DNA of 64,000 nt from the human T2T-CHM13v2.0 reference genome, Homo sapiens. The stretch lies in assembly GCF_009914755.1 (NCBI RefSeq), contig NC_060931.1; one strand, given 5' to 3'. The position numbers were made by a program, and so were the translations under genes. Within the stretch, counting starts at the first letter, position 1; each line of letters begins with the position of its first letter. The notes below the pieces were generated by a model. That model was not told the origin of the DNA and did no database searches. It was given only the letters and a program-made list of their open reading frames with translations. Below are positions 1 to 14,976 of the stretch, piece by piece.

Positions 1-1684
1 ACAAGCATATAAACTGTTTTTCCAACTCAAAATGCAGTCAAAATGAATATAAACTTCTATAAACACCAATTATATTTACAACATGCACACTCACGCACAC
101 ACATGTGTGCATCACAATGAAAAAATACCCTGGACCCATTATCAAAGGACCATAGTTTAAAAAACATGTTAATTTGTCTTTCCAAAAATTACTACACAAT
201 ACTATTACTTTCTCTTGTTATATAAACAGTTTTTACTAAATATGGCTTTATAAGACAGATGTTCATACTTTCATGACTTTCTTTCTTAGTAATATTAGAT
301 TTATTTTCAGGCCAAATAAATTAATCATCATATTTATATTTCTTCCTTGAAACTAGTCATTGCACCACTTGTATTTCTTATCTGGTGACTTTTTTTTAAA
401 GATCAAAGGATCAAAAGCTAAAGATCCCAGGCTCCTCAAGATTTCAACCTAGATGCATATTACACTAGATATATAAAAGTCATACACTTACTTTGTTGAA
501 TGAAGCACTGCAGCCTACAGATCATATTGCATTACATACATTAATTTTTATTTTTTTCTTAAAGTAACAGCAAAAAAGCAATAAAAACAATATATTCAGA
601 GGTAATACATCAATTTTCAGAATCATTGGGAACCTAACTGGAAGTGGCTAGTGGTAACAGAACCTCTGTCTTCTGACACACACGGTCACTAACACAGATT
701 TTCAATCACATCCCTCTAAAGGTGCCAAGTTTTTGATCCAAGAAGGGAAAAGATGGAAAAAAACAGAAGGTATACATATATATATATACCTCATGCAGGG
801 AAGACTGAAGGTCCAAGTCTCCATCAGAACTCCCACAACTACAACCCTAATTTAGAATGCAGAAACCCAAGTTAGGGAGAAAACACAAACCACAAAGGAT
901 TCTTTCAGATTTAGAGTTTGTAAACCCCAGTCTCAGCATCGAGTTTTGTCTTAAAACATGCTGAATATATCACTACTGTTAAAGTGTGAATCTATAAAAA
1001 TGCTCAGAAAACTGAAGTCAATTTTTAACAGTGCTCTAAACTAAAACTAATCTCAAATGCAAAAAATGAGTTTAAAAATAAAGTTAGACGTGAAAGTTAG
1101 CCCTTTTACATATGTCAGTGAAACAGAAGATTATTTTTTCATCTCTTCAGTTACAGGCTTTATTATATCAAAAATAATAAATAAGAAATGGGATAAACTT
1201 TATTCCTTTTTAGTGACAATCATTTTTTCCCCTCCAAATTTACTAACACTTTCATTCTAAAAAAATATATACAATAAAACAGGCTGTTTAGCTAAACATT
1301 ATGAAGTTATGAGACAAAGATCTCCCTACATACTTTCCTCATTTTTGCAGAAAACAGATCATAAAACAGAATAAGCCTTGTTCAAAGAAATGAGCAGCTT
1401 TGGTTACAAGTGCAAAAGTCAGCCATGTGTACTAATTCTCAGTAATCATGAAGCAAGGTGAGCTCCCCAGGGACTTAAAAGTCAACACCTAGCAATGCTT
1501 GGATGAACTAAGATGAGGAACCGCTCATGTGACACAACCTTACAAAACCCTTTGTATTCCCAATAGGACAGATGAGGCTGTGGAACTCACAACAACCCTC
1601 TAAGGTGTGTGACTGACTCCAATTATAGAGAAGACTTTGCCAAAGCCTGCAAAGAAAGATGCTGCTATTACTTAAAAAATGCAT

Positions 1685-2072
<388 letters not shown>

Positions 2073-3920
2073 TCAGAGATCTAAAGGGACCTGGGTTGTC
2101 TGCTACCTACAGGATTGCTTAACTGAAAATAAACTCTTACTTCTTAAAGTAATGATTGGGGGGGAAAAAGGCAAGGGAGAAGACTTGAAAAGCTAAGGAC
2201 CACTGTCTACCTCTTTGAGATGAAGGATGGCAAACCTCATTTCACAGATATTTTAAGTAGCTGTAAAGCCTAAGTGGCTCCAATTTTAAGCCTGTGTTTA
2301 GATCAGGTTTGAAAAGGGCTACATCTCTTTACATAACTAGGCACCACTTCTGATGCCAATGTGCTTTGTGTTTGAAATGGGCGGCCGCATATGCAAAAAC
2401 AAGACCACCTACAGATGGCACCTAGAAAATACGTGCCACAACCAATCTCCTTGGCACCCAGAGGTATGTGCAGGCAAAATGCTTTCATTAAAAAGAAAAT
2501 AAACCTCTGGGCACCATGCCATGATGATTGCCAACATCTTGAGTAGTATCACATAATTAATTTTACATTTTAATTCTTACAGAAATCTATAATCATATCT
2601 TTTCAGAAAGTTTAAAATGTAACTTAAAAAAACAACAACCCCACCTGACCTACCAAAAAACCCTGCTATATCCTGGGCCCTGCAACAACCTGAAGGACTA
2701 GGCTAGGCACAGCCTATGGATATACCTACTCAAAAATTAGAAAACCTACTTACTCAAATGGAAACTACAGAGTTGTTTTAAATGGAGAGTAGTTATGGGG
2801 AAGAGCAACTTCTAAAATTCTCTTTGATTATTATTGTGTGCCCTTTATATTTAGGACATTAAAGGCTCCTTTTTTTCCATCCTGAACGCTCCTAAAGTTA
2901 CAGAACAAGGGGATCCTGCCTGCCCATCTCCAACAGGTCAGTGATCAAACAGAGAGTCAGGCAGTAGCCAAATTCCATCCATCTCTAAAGAATACCAGGA
3001 GCTAGGACTTCTTAGGTCCTGCTACATTTAAGAAACCATCATTCACCATTAGATAGGACAATAAGCCCTTTCCACACAAACATTGCCCAACGTCTACATT
3101 CAAGGATCTTCAAGAAAAAAATTACTTTAGGAATACTACTTCCTGCCCAGAGTAAGCCAATTTAAAAAAGTGACTTCATCTTTTTTATAAGAAATAGGTT
3201 CGGATAAAAAAAACCAATATTGTATCGGCTGAGTGATCAAAGCCTGTTATTTAACCAATCTTATCTTTAAATAACACTAGTCTTTGTATAAGAGTTTAAT
3301 TTACTTAAAGTATTTACATTCGCATGAACAAACCAGTACATGAGATAAAACGAGACACAATGTTTTGCTGAGCTTCAGAACAAGATGCAAGTTGTTCATC
3401 CATATAAGGAAACAATCATTCCAAGCATTTTTGACAATGCAGCGCACACTCAGCCAGTTATTTCCCAGCATTGTTCTCCCAAAAGCAGTGGAAGCTTGAA
3501 CAGTTCTGCCACTTGCAAGGCAAAGCCAAGCAGAGAGCTACGGTTGCTGACTTCAGACTACAAGTTTTAGTGCCTGACCCAGCAGAGGGTGCCATGAGGA
3601 AAGAATGTACTAAAAATTAACTTTAGAAAAGGTTAGCAAAGATTTTTCAAAGGCCAAACACTTCTGCCACAAATGACTTCCATTGCAGAACAAACCATAA
3701 GCAATGACGAATTTAACAGGCATGACTTAACAGGCAGTAAGGTCAGAAACATTTACCCTTCCACCTCTGGAATGGTTCGCCTGTCTAGGAAAAGCCGAGG
3801 TGCCCTAGTAGACTCTGCCCTTGTGCAGGATCTGTGGTTAAACAGAAGCCTTAGTCCACACCTGTTGACCATGGTAGTGATATATATGTGAAACAAGTCT
3901 TTTCAATGAAGAGAGCTTCA

Positions 3921-4028
<108 letters not shown>

Positions 4029-4909
4029 TTATAGAAGCTGATGAAAAATATAAAGAAAGTCATTAAACACTTATAAATATGCATCTGTCAATATATGCTA
4101 TTTTTTTCTATCAGTCTATTGGAGTAATCATAAATTGCACAATTTAACAGATCTTAAAATAGTTTGAGAAGTACTCTTAATAGTATAATAGTTTTAAAAA
4201 ATGAAAAATATATATGCATCACTGATGTTTCAGGAGAAAAGTTAAAAGATAAATGAAAGCCAAAAATATGTTCTGCAATTAGAATAGCTTAAGAAGGGAG
4301 ACACACTGACAATAGTGACAAAATAAAAACATACATCTTACAACTTAAAACTGTTTTATAAGGCTTGATTAAAAATCACTTTCAAGTCTTCTAACAAGAA
4401 TTAATCTAAAACAGTACTCATCATGGAGATAAATTTGGCTGAGCAGACTTTTTCAGCTTAGAAGAAATTCAATATCTAAAAATTCCTCAAGGATTCTCAA
4501 AGAACATAAATTACATTAATTAATTAATATAATATTCTCAAAATGGTATGTAGTATAAGAAATTTTAAGAAACAGTCATATCTTTTTGGCAGACATAGGC
4601 CAGAGAAGATTAGCTATCTCAAGGTCACATAACAAAATGGTAAAAGAAGAATTTCAGGCTCCAAAGCTACGCAGCCCAACCTAAAGCTAGAGTTTTACTT
4701 TCTGGGGCTTTGTGGCCTTAGTGATGCAAATATTTGTATATTCCACAAACGCTTAAACTGAATATCAACCATCTGTCAAATGTGAGCCAAGCACTGGGCA
4801 AATAATCTGATAAAGGATCAACTTCAACTAGAACCCAGATCCCTGCACATTTGGCTTTATAGAACACACCCTAACCATGAATCCTATAAAAACAGCAGGT
4901 GTAATAGAA

Positions 4910-5100
4910 AGACATGCTCTGGAGTCAGACAAGTGTGATTTTAAATTCTAGTTCTCCCACTCATGATTTGTGTGAACACAGGTATGCTACTTAAGCCCGA
5001 TAGGCCTCAGTTTCCTTATCCGTAAACTGTGGATCATGCTTTGCTTGAGATTAAACCAGTAAAACGTAATATACGTCATGTGCCTAATATGGTAGATACT
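4910..5100 (+). mobile_element. MIR
   Basis: ctggagtcagac ... cctcagtttccttatccgtaaa MIR core; boundaries approximate. Confidence 0.7.
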
Positions 5101-5359
5101 GAAGGGAATTTAGCTGCTACTGCTGTGATGACAACAATGATGGCAGCAACCACCAAAAGTCCTCAAGTTTATTATCACATTTTTGGATGTCCACTGCTAA
5201 ATGGAGAATAATGAAAAAATGTGTGTGGTGAGTTCCCCTGCTTTCAAATTAGCTAGCACCTCTGAGAAAACAAACCTGCTGTTTCCTATAAGAATACCTG
5301 CTAGATTCTTGAGTATGTACAAAATCCCTTAATAAGAAGCACCAACTCAAAAGACTTAC

Positions 5360-5412
5360 TGTAAGTTTTATGGCCTTCTCTGGGGCAACTCCCAACAACT
5401 GTGGCAACAGAC
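5360..5412 (-). CDS. SLC25A13: SLC25A13 exon 12, 53 nt: (G)LLPQLLGVAPEKAIKLT
   Basis: tttttag|GTCTG...CTTACA|gtaagt. In frame between exons 11 and 13; carrier helix 2. Confidence 0.98.
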
Positions 5413-6161
5413 CTAAAAATCAACAAAAAGTAGAAGTATATTAAATAAATTAGCATTAACTAAACAAATCAACAGTTCTACAGAGGGGATTACCACTTAA
5501 AAACTGCTTAATCTCTGCTGCAATTTTCTGCTATTACCCTTAATGAGAATATTTGAAATGGAATGTTTAAGTACTAACTTCTAACAGCCGCATCAGTCCC
5601 AAGTACATTCCATCTCACATTCTGGATCGTTTGCACATTGGGTAAATCAACAGTATTAGTGATATAGGAAATCTCATTATTCCCCCAAAGTCTGCTCCTT
5701 CCCTTCTGCCTTCTAAATCAGTGGACCACTTGATTTTCTAAAACAAGGACCAATTTTGGGGAAGGCAGTTAGAACATTTAGTGGAGCTACGTATCTGAAC
5801 TAAAAAATGTCATCATTTTCATTTGTTCTTCTTAAAGAAAAAAAAATTAAATCACAGTTGTTTTTTCTTGGAAACACACACCAAGCTAACCCTGAAGGTA
5901 GGAGCATGTTGCACCCTGTGTCATACTTTGAGAGAGGTTCATGGTAATATTCTTCATTGGAAGTACAATTTTCTAATTTATCTATGTAAGAAAGTCCACT
6001 CACAGCCTCTTCTGAGGGACCAGCCCTGCCCACACTCTCTTCCTAAAGGAGCAGCCTGAGAGGTCACTAGCTTGAATGCCATATGTATCCAACCTATAAG
6101 TGTGTTTTATTGAGTAACAAAAAGTTTCAAACATAATCTGACCTCCTTGTAAGAAAGATCA

Positions 6162-6461
<300 letters not shown>

Positions 6462-6621
6462 TCAATGAACACACTGACCTAACGGTCAGTTCATGGGCTC
6501 AGTTCTGACCGAACTCTGACTGACCCCGGGCCTCTTTCTGACATCCCAGCCATCTGCTCTATTGCATGAGGCTCCATCCTTCAGACAGAAACCATGCAAG
6601 GTGGTGCCCACCCTGCTTTGA

Positions 6622-6947
<326 letters not shown>

Positions 6948-7139
6948 TCCAGTTTCTATTTTTATTGCTTTACTGATATCGTCACAATTGATAAAATTTT
7001 TTCTTTGCTCATAGCCTTATAAAGGGGGAAAACTAAAAAGATGAATACAGCTTCATGTTTTCATGGAAAAATGGGAGGAAGTCCTTCATTGTGGAATTAA
7101 ACAAGGATAAGGATGGTGATGTTAATGAAAATTTTCTTT

Positions 7140-7320
7140 AAAAGTGCATCACGTTTATTACGTGCCAGGTACCATTTTACAAAATGTATTAACTCATTTA
7201 GTCTTCATAACCACTCTACAGAGAGGAAACCAAGGCATAGAGAGATAAAGTAATTTCTTCCAAGTTACCTAGCTGTTAAGTGGTGAGACTGGGATACAAG
7301 CTTTAGCCATCTTACTCAAA
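7140..7320 (-). mobile_element. MIR
   Basis: gaggaaaccaaggcatagagagataaagtaattt...ccaagttacctagct; boundaries approximate. Confidence 0.7.
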
Positions 7321-7451
7321 AAATCTGTATCTTTATATACAACTCAACTCTGTGTTAATGTGCAAATGTGTACCTGCATCTCACACACCCAGCTGCATTT
7401 GTTCACTTATATAACCTGCCTAGATCCTATCAGCATTTGAGTTTGCAACGC

Positions 7452-7604
7452 TTCTTTTTGTTTTTTCTCATTTTTTATTTTTAACAAAGAGATAAGCCCT
7501 CACTATGTTGCCCAGACCAGTCTCAGATTCCTGGCCTCAAGCAATCCTCCTGCCTAGGCTTTCCAAAATGTTGGGATTGCAGGTGTGAGCCATCTCACCT
7601 GTCC
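7452..7604 (-). mobile_element. FLAM (free left Alu monomer), TSD TGAGTTTGCA
   Basis: Left-arm-only sequence with T-rich tail, flanked by tgagtttgca repeats. Confidence 0.85.
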
Positions 7605-8779
7605 TGAGTTTGCAGCCCTTCACTAAGCAACTATAACATCTAAGCCTGCTTCATCCCCAGGGCCACAGCTGACTGGACAATGTAAAACACCTAAAAGACA
7701 CGCAAATCAAGAGTTCAGCAACCTGAGCCTGCTACCAAAAATAGAGCTGGCCAATTAGGATGCCTTCTCCAGGAGGATGACTGACAGTCTTTAGAGAAGA
7801 GGGGACAAGTTAGCACAGAAGCAACAAGATGAAAAGATGTCATGGGTGGAGCAAGGAAAGCAGCCAATTGGAAGTCACGTGTGTGCTAATATCACAAGGA
7901 AGCAGAAACCATGAATAAGCAGAGGAAGTGCATTGGTGGACAGATGAGAATGTGGAGCAAAAGGAATAGAGATTAAAAAGAGAATGCACATAGCCCATGA
8001 AAGGCACACAGGTGGGAGCGCCTGTCCCCATCACCTTTGGGTCCCACTGAGGCCAGCCTCCAGTGCAGCTCCTGCTCTTGGATCTGAGATTTCTACCTTC
8101 TTTCTCTCTTGTGTGAATGTTTATCAAAAGCCCCCCTAAGCTCTTGCTAGCTTGAGTGGGGCTGTGCTCTTTAGAATTTAAATGAGCTGAGGCAGCATAT
8201 GAGAAAAAACGGGAATATGCAACCATTTGGGCAAAGCAAGCATTCTTATCCAAAGCAAGCATTCTCTCCTAAACTATACTCATGACACTCACTCACTGAT
8301 CTTTCAGTAAGATATCTATAATAAGAGAAGGCTTGGTTATTACCTAATAAAAGTACAACATTAATTTCTACTAGTAATATGTGGGCATACGCCTGTTTAA
8401 ACTACCTCTTCACAATTGAAATTTTCATCTTTCTCCCTGTATTCACATCAAGTAACAAAATGCTTAGTTAAACATTTACTTGCTAGATGTATTTTTCTCA
8501 TCATTAAATTGTAGACCAAAATTGTGGATGGGTTGAAAGCACTGTGATTTAAATGATGAACTCTTGTCTCCATAACTATCCTGTGACAGTCTTTTTAAAT
8601 GACTAATAAAAAAACAGGCCACAGAGCCTAATGACTACTGTGTTAGATACAATCACTTCAGCCAGCCTTTCAAACTACTGAAATTTATCCTTCTCACCAT
8701 AAATTTAGTAATGCATTGTGAACGGCAAAAAACAGAAGGGAAAACCCCGTATTTAAGACTACAAAGAAGGCAACAAGTA

Positions 8780-9200
8780 GCTATTTGTTCAGCAAACATT
8801 TACCAAATGCCTTCTCTGTCTGCCTGGTACTGAGAGGAACTGGGATGAACACAGTGAGACTGGTGCCTCCCCGCTAAGAAGCTCAGAGTTTAGAGGGAAA
8901 GGGAACGCTAGTTGTCTCCACCTGCCAGATGGGGGACAAACCACCTAACAACAGCAGGTGCTGCATACCAGACCCCAGGGGCATCACAGGACTATGAGAA
9001 CCCAGTGGAGAGAACCAGTTCTTCTGCCTGCAGGAGGGGAAAAAACATCAAAGAAGAGGAGATATTTGCCCTGGGACTTCAAGGGTGAGCAGAGGTTCCC
9101 CGGAAAGATGAGACAATGAGCAGAATGGAGGGCAAGGTGACCCAGGCAGAGGAAACAGTTGGTGTGCAAAGGCACCAACATCTTAAGGCTATGGCATGGA
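8780..9200 (-). mobile_element. L2 3' fragment
   Basis: tttgttcagcaaacatttaccaaatgcc L2 terminus followed by purine-rich L2-like body. Confidence 0.6.
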
Positions 9201-9289
9201 GTCAGGGCACTGGAGGCTGTGCTTGGATCACAGAAGACCAGATAATAAATAACAATATTATTAATAGTAGTGATAATGACAACAGCCAA

Positions 9290-9520
9290 TATTTGGGGAG
9301 CACTCGCTATATCCACATACTACAGTACTGTGTGTTTTATGTGAATGAACACATTTAATCCACACAATACCTTACTTAAACAGTGGCTTTTGTTTTATCC
9401 ACAGCAACTGAAGAAGAAACTGAGGCCGACTTTAAGGGAGCTGCCCATGGTGGCTCAGCTGTTTGATGGGGGAACGGGGTTCCACCCAGGCTGTCCGACT
9501 CCAGCCTGTGCTCTTACCTG
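9290..9520 (-). mobile_element. MIR
   Basis: catttaatccacacaatacc...gaagaaactgaggcc...ctgcccatgg. Confidence 0.6.
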
Positions 9521-10739
9521 GTACGCTGCACAACTTCTCTCCCAGGCCCACTAAGGAGCATGCACCAAATTCTGTAGATGCATGGGGTGGCTTTTAGGGT
9601 AAAAAGTAAAGTTCAAAAAGTAAAAAGTTCTAGAGGCAGGTGAAGGATAGTTTGCAAGAGCAGAGACCTGAGGAAGCTAGAGAAACTAGGAGTTTAAGGT
9701 AATATATTAGAGGCCCCGAGCTTCCTTATATTAAATGATTAACTTCAACTTAGAATAAAACCAAAGCACAAATCCATTCCTAAGACCTAGGCCAGATGCT
9801 GCCACTCACGGAAGTTGTTGATAAGAACCATTCTTGTAGTGACTACCTTGTCTGGTTAAACAGGAAAATGAAGGTGACTGGATTATAATCTGAGGCCCAC
9901 TACAGATGTGGGCCTTGAAAACATGAGTCTTGGGTAAATGGTCTTTGTAAGAAGGTCATGATCTGTGAAACAATGAAAAGTCAAAGAGGTGGGAATTCCA
10001 AACTCCCTCCTTGTACCTTGACCTCAGAGGGAGGAGAGGTAGCACAGCCCAGTAATGCCTAAAGCAGAGAGTCTAGGTGAGGCACTTCATCACAACCACA
10101 ATTAAGTCTAAAGTGCATATATATCTGACATCTGGGTAATTCAGCAGAAAAATCAGGTTTCTAATATAAGATGTTTCTGTTGGGTCCTGGAAATTCACTT
10201 TAACCATTTGAAACAGAGAATGGATGTGTGTGTTGTTTCTAACTTGTCAAAACAGCAGTCCATTTTCCAACTGCCTCAAATGAAATTTATTAGTGTGGTT
10301 AGTTTTCCAATCTTCTCCTTTTAGTTCAGCTCCATCAGCACATATGGCAATGCTTCCTTGGCAACTCGACTCTACCAGAAGGCTGCTAATGCGAGAAAAG
10401 ATTTACAGGGTACAGTATTAATGTAGTATTTTGTCTTCACATTTCATGGGTTGGAGATATAAATCACACTATCCCCTCTGAATTCAGTCCCTTGCGCAAA
10501 CCAAGGAGCTGAAGGTGTGGGGACCAAGCCCAGATCAGGGGTCTCCAACTCAAGCTTCACAGGACATCCCCAAAAGAGGTTCCTGGGCCCACTGTGTTCA
10601 ACTAGAGGGCTAGCATGCTATTCTTAAGAACCTGTTAGAAATATAACTGGAATTTCAGGGTTGGAAGGGATTATGAAAGAAACTCAATATTGCTGGCCTA
10701 ATTTAAACTAATTTTAGGCTATTTCCAACGGGCTGGCAG

Positions 10740-10930
10740 CAAAATGAACAATCTAGGGCACGGGCTTTGGAGGTGGACAGACCTGGGCTAGAATGCTAGG
10801 TCTGTGCATCTTTCACACTGAGTGATCTTGGGTAGTAATTCTTTGAATTCTAGGTTCCCTCTTGGCAAAACAAGGGTGCTACTTACTATCTATTGGTTTA
10901 TTTTGATAATTATATGAATAAGTGTACAAA
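10740..10930 (+). mobile_element. MIR
   Basis: gggctttggaggtggacagacctgggc...gtgatcttgggta. Confidence 0.6.
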
Positions 10931-11329
10931 GAACCAGACACTATTTACCTCATATGTTATGTATTCCAAAAGACATAATGCTTCTTTCTACCTATCTTTT
11001 CAATACATAGCCTTGATTTCTTTTGTTTGCAAGAGGCAATTCAGCCTGAATCATGTTCACAGTCCACCATTAGCTAAGGAGTATCATGCTGTGCCCATGA
11101 CATTATGCCTATCTTAGAACAGCTGTCCCCAAGCAGTGAGAGCACATGTGGTCTGAAAGTGTCCAGGGGCCCTGTATACTTTGGGCAAGGTAAAGTAGTG
11201 GCACAGACAAAACAACACATTTCAACTATGTTATTAAGCTGAAATAAAATATTATAGTTAAAAACTTAAATGATCCTTAACCTCTGCTGACAAGCAACTT
11301 TTCACAATGTAATTTCTACCAGGTGACAA

Positions 11330-11560
11330 AAGAGCCAAGTGATTAGGAACACGAGGTCTGGAGCCAGGCTGCTGAGCTTCAATTCTGACTTTGCTATTTG
11401 TTAGCTGTGTAATTGTGGACAAGTTACCTAATCTCTTTGTATCTTAGTTTCCACATCTGTAGAATGGGAATAATCATGATGCCATTTTCACGGGGTAGTC
11501 GTGAAGATGAAATGAGTTAACACTCACAAAATCCTCAGACCAGTACCAAGTACAGACAGT
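11330..11560 (+). mobile_element. MIR
   Basis: tctggagccaggctg...ggacaagttacctaatctctttgtatcttagtttccacatctgtagaatggg. Confidence 0.75.
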
Positions 11561-14226
11561 AAAGACTACAGAAATGGATTTTTGTTGTTGTTGTTGATCT
11601 TCATCATCACTATCACTTATTCTTCCTCCTCCTCCTTCATGGAAACTGGAATCCAGACAGGCTAAGCAGCTTGTTTCAAGTCACTAACTTCTGAGCGACT
11701 ATGTAGTAGCACTCAGAGTTGAATTCAGGCCTGCCAGTACTCTCAAATCAGGGCTCTGTGCTCCTTAATTCTCTGCGGTACCAGTTTTCTCTAACAGACT
11801 TACTGCTCCAAGTTCCTCCTCTGCCCTGGAAAGGCATTTCTTCCCAACTAGACTGTTCTGAAACTTTTCTCTAGGCCTCAGCTCAGGCTGGGTCAGCACC
11901 CTGCCCTGCCTGACCCTTGTACACAACAAAGGGATGGTGCCCATGTAGCAGGCATCCACATCATGCTTCCCCCGTCTCTACAGATGGTGAATATTAGACT
12001 CCTTAAAACCTCGAAGGCACTGAATGTCAGAGCCAAGCTGTAGGTTATAACCTGGTGAACCAGTGAGAGCAGGAATATACTGGGAAGAAGGCGCAGGGTC
12101 AGGAGTGGGTTGAAGCCACGCTGAGCGGCTACTGTAACCCAGAGTGGCCAGGGTGCCAAAGGACCACGCTGGGCAACGCTAGCAGGACCACAGAGGTGGA
12201 GGGGCTACTACCAAGGAAGAAACTTGGTAACTAAGGCAGTAGTTACCAGTTCTATCTCAGCATAGAACTGAGACAGGGGCCAGCCCAAACCAGAGAAAGA
12301 CAGCTGAGAGCATCTAATAGAGGGCAGAAGGTATTCAGGGCAGAGACGAGCAGTAAACTTTGGAAGGAAAAATTAATCCAGAAGACACCCCTATTCCTGT
12401 AGCTGAAGCCACAGCCAGCACACTGTTGTGTTATCTAGTTTCCACCTGGTAGCAACCCCTCCGATGTCAAATTCTTACCCTTCTGACCTCACTATTGAAA
12501 CCAGAACACTTGTCCCTATCTTCCCCGAGAAACCCCTTTGCTTTCAACATCAGATTAACCTTCATTCTGCAGCTATCAGCACTTTGTGTGCCCTGCCTTA
12601 GAGCTTTTTATTCCTGCTCCTGTTGCCATGCCCTTCTCTCTTCACTTGCTCAAGCATTCTTTCCTCCCTCCTCCTCCTCCCATTTGTCTGTCTGCTTTTG
12701 ACTCAGATTGCCCCTAGGCATGAGGCATTTCCACCTTCCCAACTACACTATCGCCTTTCAAAGCCTTCATTACAACCCAGTTCTGACAGGCTCTTTGGGC
12801 TGCTACCCCAAGGTGGCTGTACAGTGGAGCTGGGGAAATAGCCAGGGACAAATGCAGAAATGAAGATTTAAATGCCAGTTTATCTAGGTTAAATTATTTA
12901 CACTCAAAATTTCAAGCACTGTCTGTTATCTTAGCTATGGCTCAGGATGCCTTTGGGAGACAAAGTGTTAAAACATAAAATAAGTGATTATGATTATGGT
13001 CTGGAAAAAAATCAGTTCCTCAACTCCTCTATTCTGGGGCTTTCTAGAAGTAAAGAGAATTGGGGAAAACGATCAGATACTCCTGCAGTTTTTCACCATA
13101 GTACATGAGAACGTTCAGGATCCTGGTTATCTTTTCTTCTATCTAAACTATTTCCCTCCTACTGAGGTTTAATCTATCTCCCTTGTTTTAGTCTCAGCAA
13201 CAGTAGCTGGTTATAAATTATCATTTTTGAGGTGTGGAACTAATTCATTCATTAACCTCTTCTCTAGGATACCTACACGTCTATCTTTTTGTCATATTTT
13301 TCCAATTTTCTAAGGTCATCAGTTGTTACTGTAGCACTCTCAAGTCTCTAACAATTCTCTCACCCACCTTAGATCCAGTGTGTGTCGCCTCAGTCTCAGA
13401 TTACAATGCCCTGTGCTCACTAAAGTTAGCTCACTGTAGATTTCTGGAGATTGGCTAACCCAACAAATGATCTGTTGAAATCTTCTGCTCATTCTTATGT
13501 GGCTTCCTATAACCAAATACATGTCTTCTGATATTTTTATAGCTTAATGCTCTAAATGAAAACGTGCAGAAATTGGCCAAGAAAATAAAGACTCAAACCT
13601 ATCCATTTTGCAATCATTAAAAGTTTTGGTGGACATGGATGGACATGAGTGCAGTTCACAGATTAACTATGGTTTGTTTCAAGATGCATGTGTTCTTAAG
13701 TAATGCAAAACAGTCATGGAAATTTCAATCATTTTATTTTGGTGCCAGAATTTTAAAGTTTATTTTATCCCCATGAATTATGCAAGAATGAAGAATCTCA
13801 CTGTGATTCTAAAGAATCTGGATACTCCCTTTTATAGTACCATCAATGATAAGGGACCTGGCTTAAACTAGCTGCCTGCCAAAACTTCCCTCTGCAATAT
13901 AAAAGTATCAATAACTCCCTGAGATATCACCACAACATCCTCTAGATGTCACCTTGAGAACATTCCAGGATGGAAGATGACTGCTTTGCACTACACAGAC
14001 AACTTGAAATAGAAATATTTACAACTCTGCAAGCTTGGATCAATGGGCTGATTAAAAAATGTGGTTTTTTTTTTGCCAATTTCCTCAAAGGTTAAGCACT
14101 GCTTAAATTAAGTTTAATTCATAAAATGATCTAATTACTCTTTCTGGGAGATTTTCTTTAGGGCTTCTCCCATCAATAGAAACAAAAATTTTCGTCTAAG
14201 AAGTATTTCTGATAGACCCTGATTTC

Positions 14227-14518
14227 TCTCTCTTTTTTTTTCTAAATTGAGACAGAGTTTCACTCTTGTCTCCCAGGCAGGAATGCAGCGGCACAATCTC
14301 AGATCACTGCATCCTCCTGGGTTCAAGCGATTCTCCTGCCTCAGCCTGTAGCTGCGATTACAGGCCCACCATTATGCCCAGCCAATTTTTGTATTTTTAG
14401 TAGAGACAGAGTTTGGCCATGTTGGCCAGGCTGGTCTTGAACTCCTGACCTCAGGTGATCCACCCGCCTCGGTCTCCCAAAGTGCTGGGATTACAGGCAT
14501 AAGCCACCGTACCCGGCC
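14227..14518 (-). mobile_element. AluS (Sq/Sp-like) with small internal deletions
   Basis: Reverse Alu consensus ending ...cccggcc. Confidence 0.93.
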
Positions 14519-14952
14519 ATATTTCTCTTAATACATCTTTTTCCCCAAGATTCTCCCAAAACATTTTCCAGTGTCTAAGGCTGCTCATCTCATCACCTGA
14601 AAGATCTGAGAGAGAAGACTGCAACAAAGTTTAAAAGCAGAAATTATTTATTCCTGGAACATTAAGAGCATTTAATTATGGATGATTACCCAATCAATTG
14701 TTGTTCTTTAATACGCCAGATCTATAGCAGGCCAATGACTGATTCATTTGGTTATGCCAGTCATTCAAACCAAACAAGTTGTCAGGTAATTCATTAAGGA
14801 TTTCAAATACCTGAGCACATTAAATCACTCTGAAGACTGGGGAGGAAACAGAGAAAGAATTTTAAAAGTGACTTCAGGAAGACCTGGATTATCTCAGGTG
14901 TGATTTCCCTTAATACAGACAGGCTTGGCCTGGGGGTTGGATTTTCAGAAAT

Positions 14953-14976
14953 AACAACAACAACAACAACAACAAA
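14953..14976 (+). repeat. (AAC)n microsatellite
   Basis: aacaacaacaacaacaacaacaa. Confidence 0.85.

Noticed and set aside
7620-8260. Possible MLT1-type LTR (also about 11830-12330) and a 140-aa ORF
   Set aside because: Resembles a degraded MaLR, but I cannot define termini or family without a search; the ORF is unsupported.
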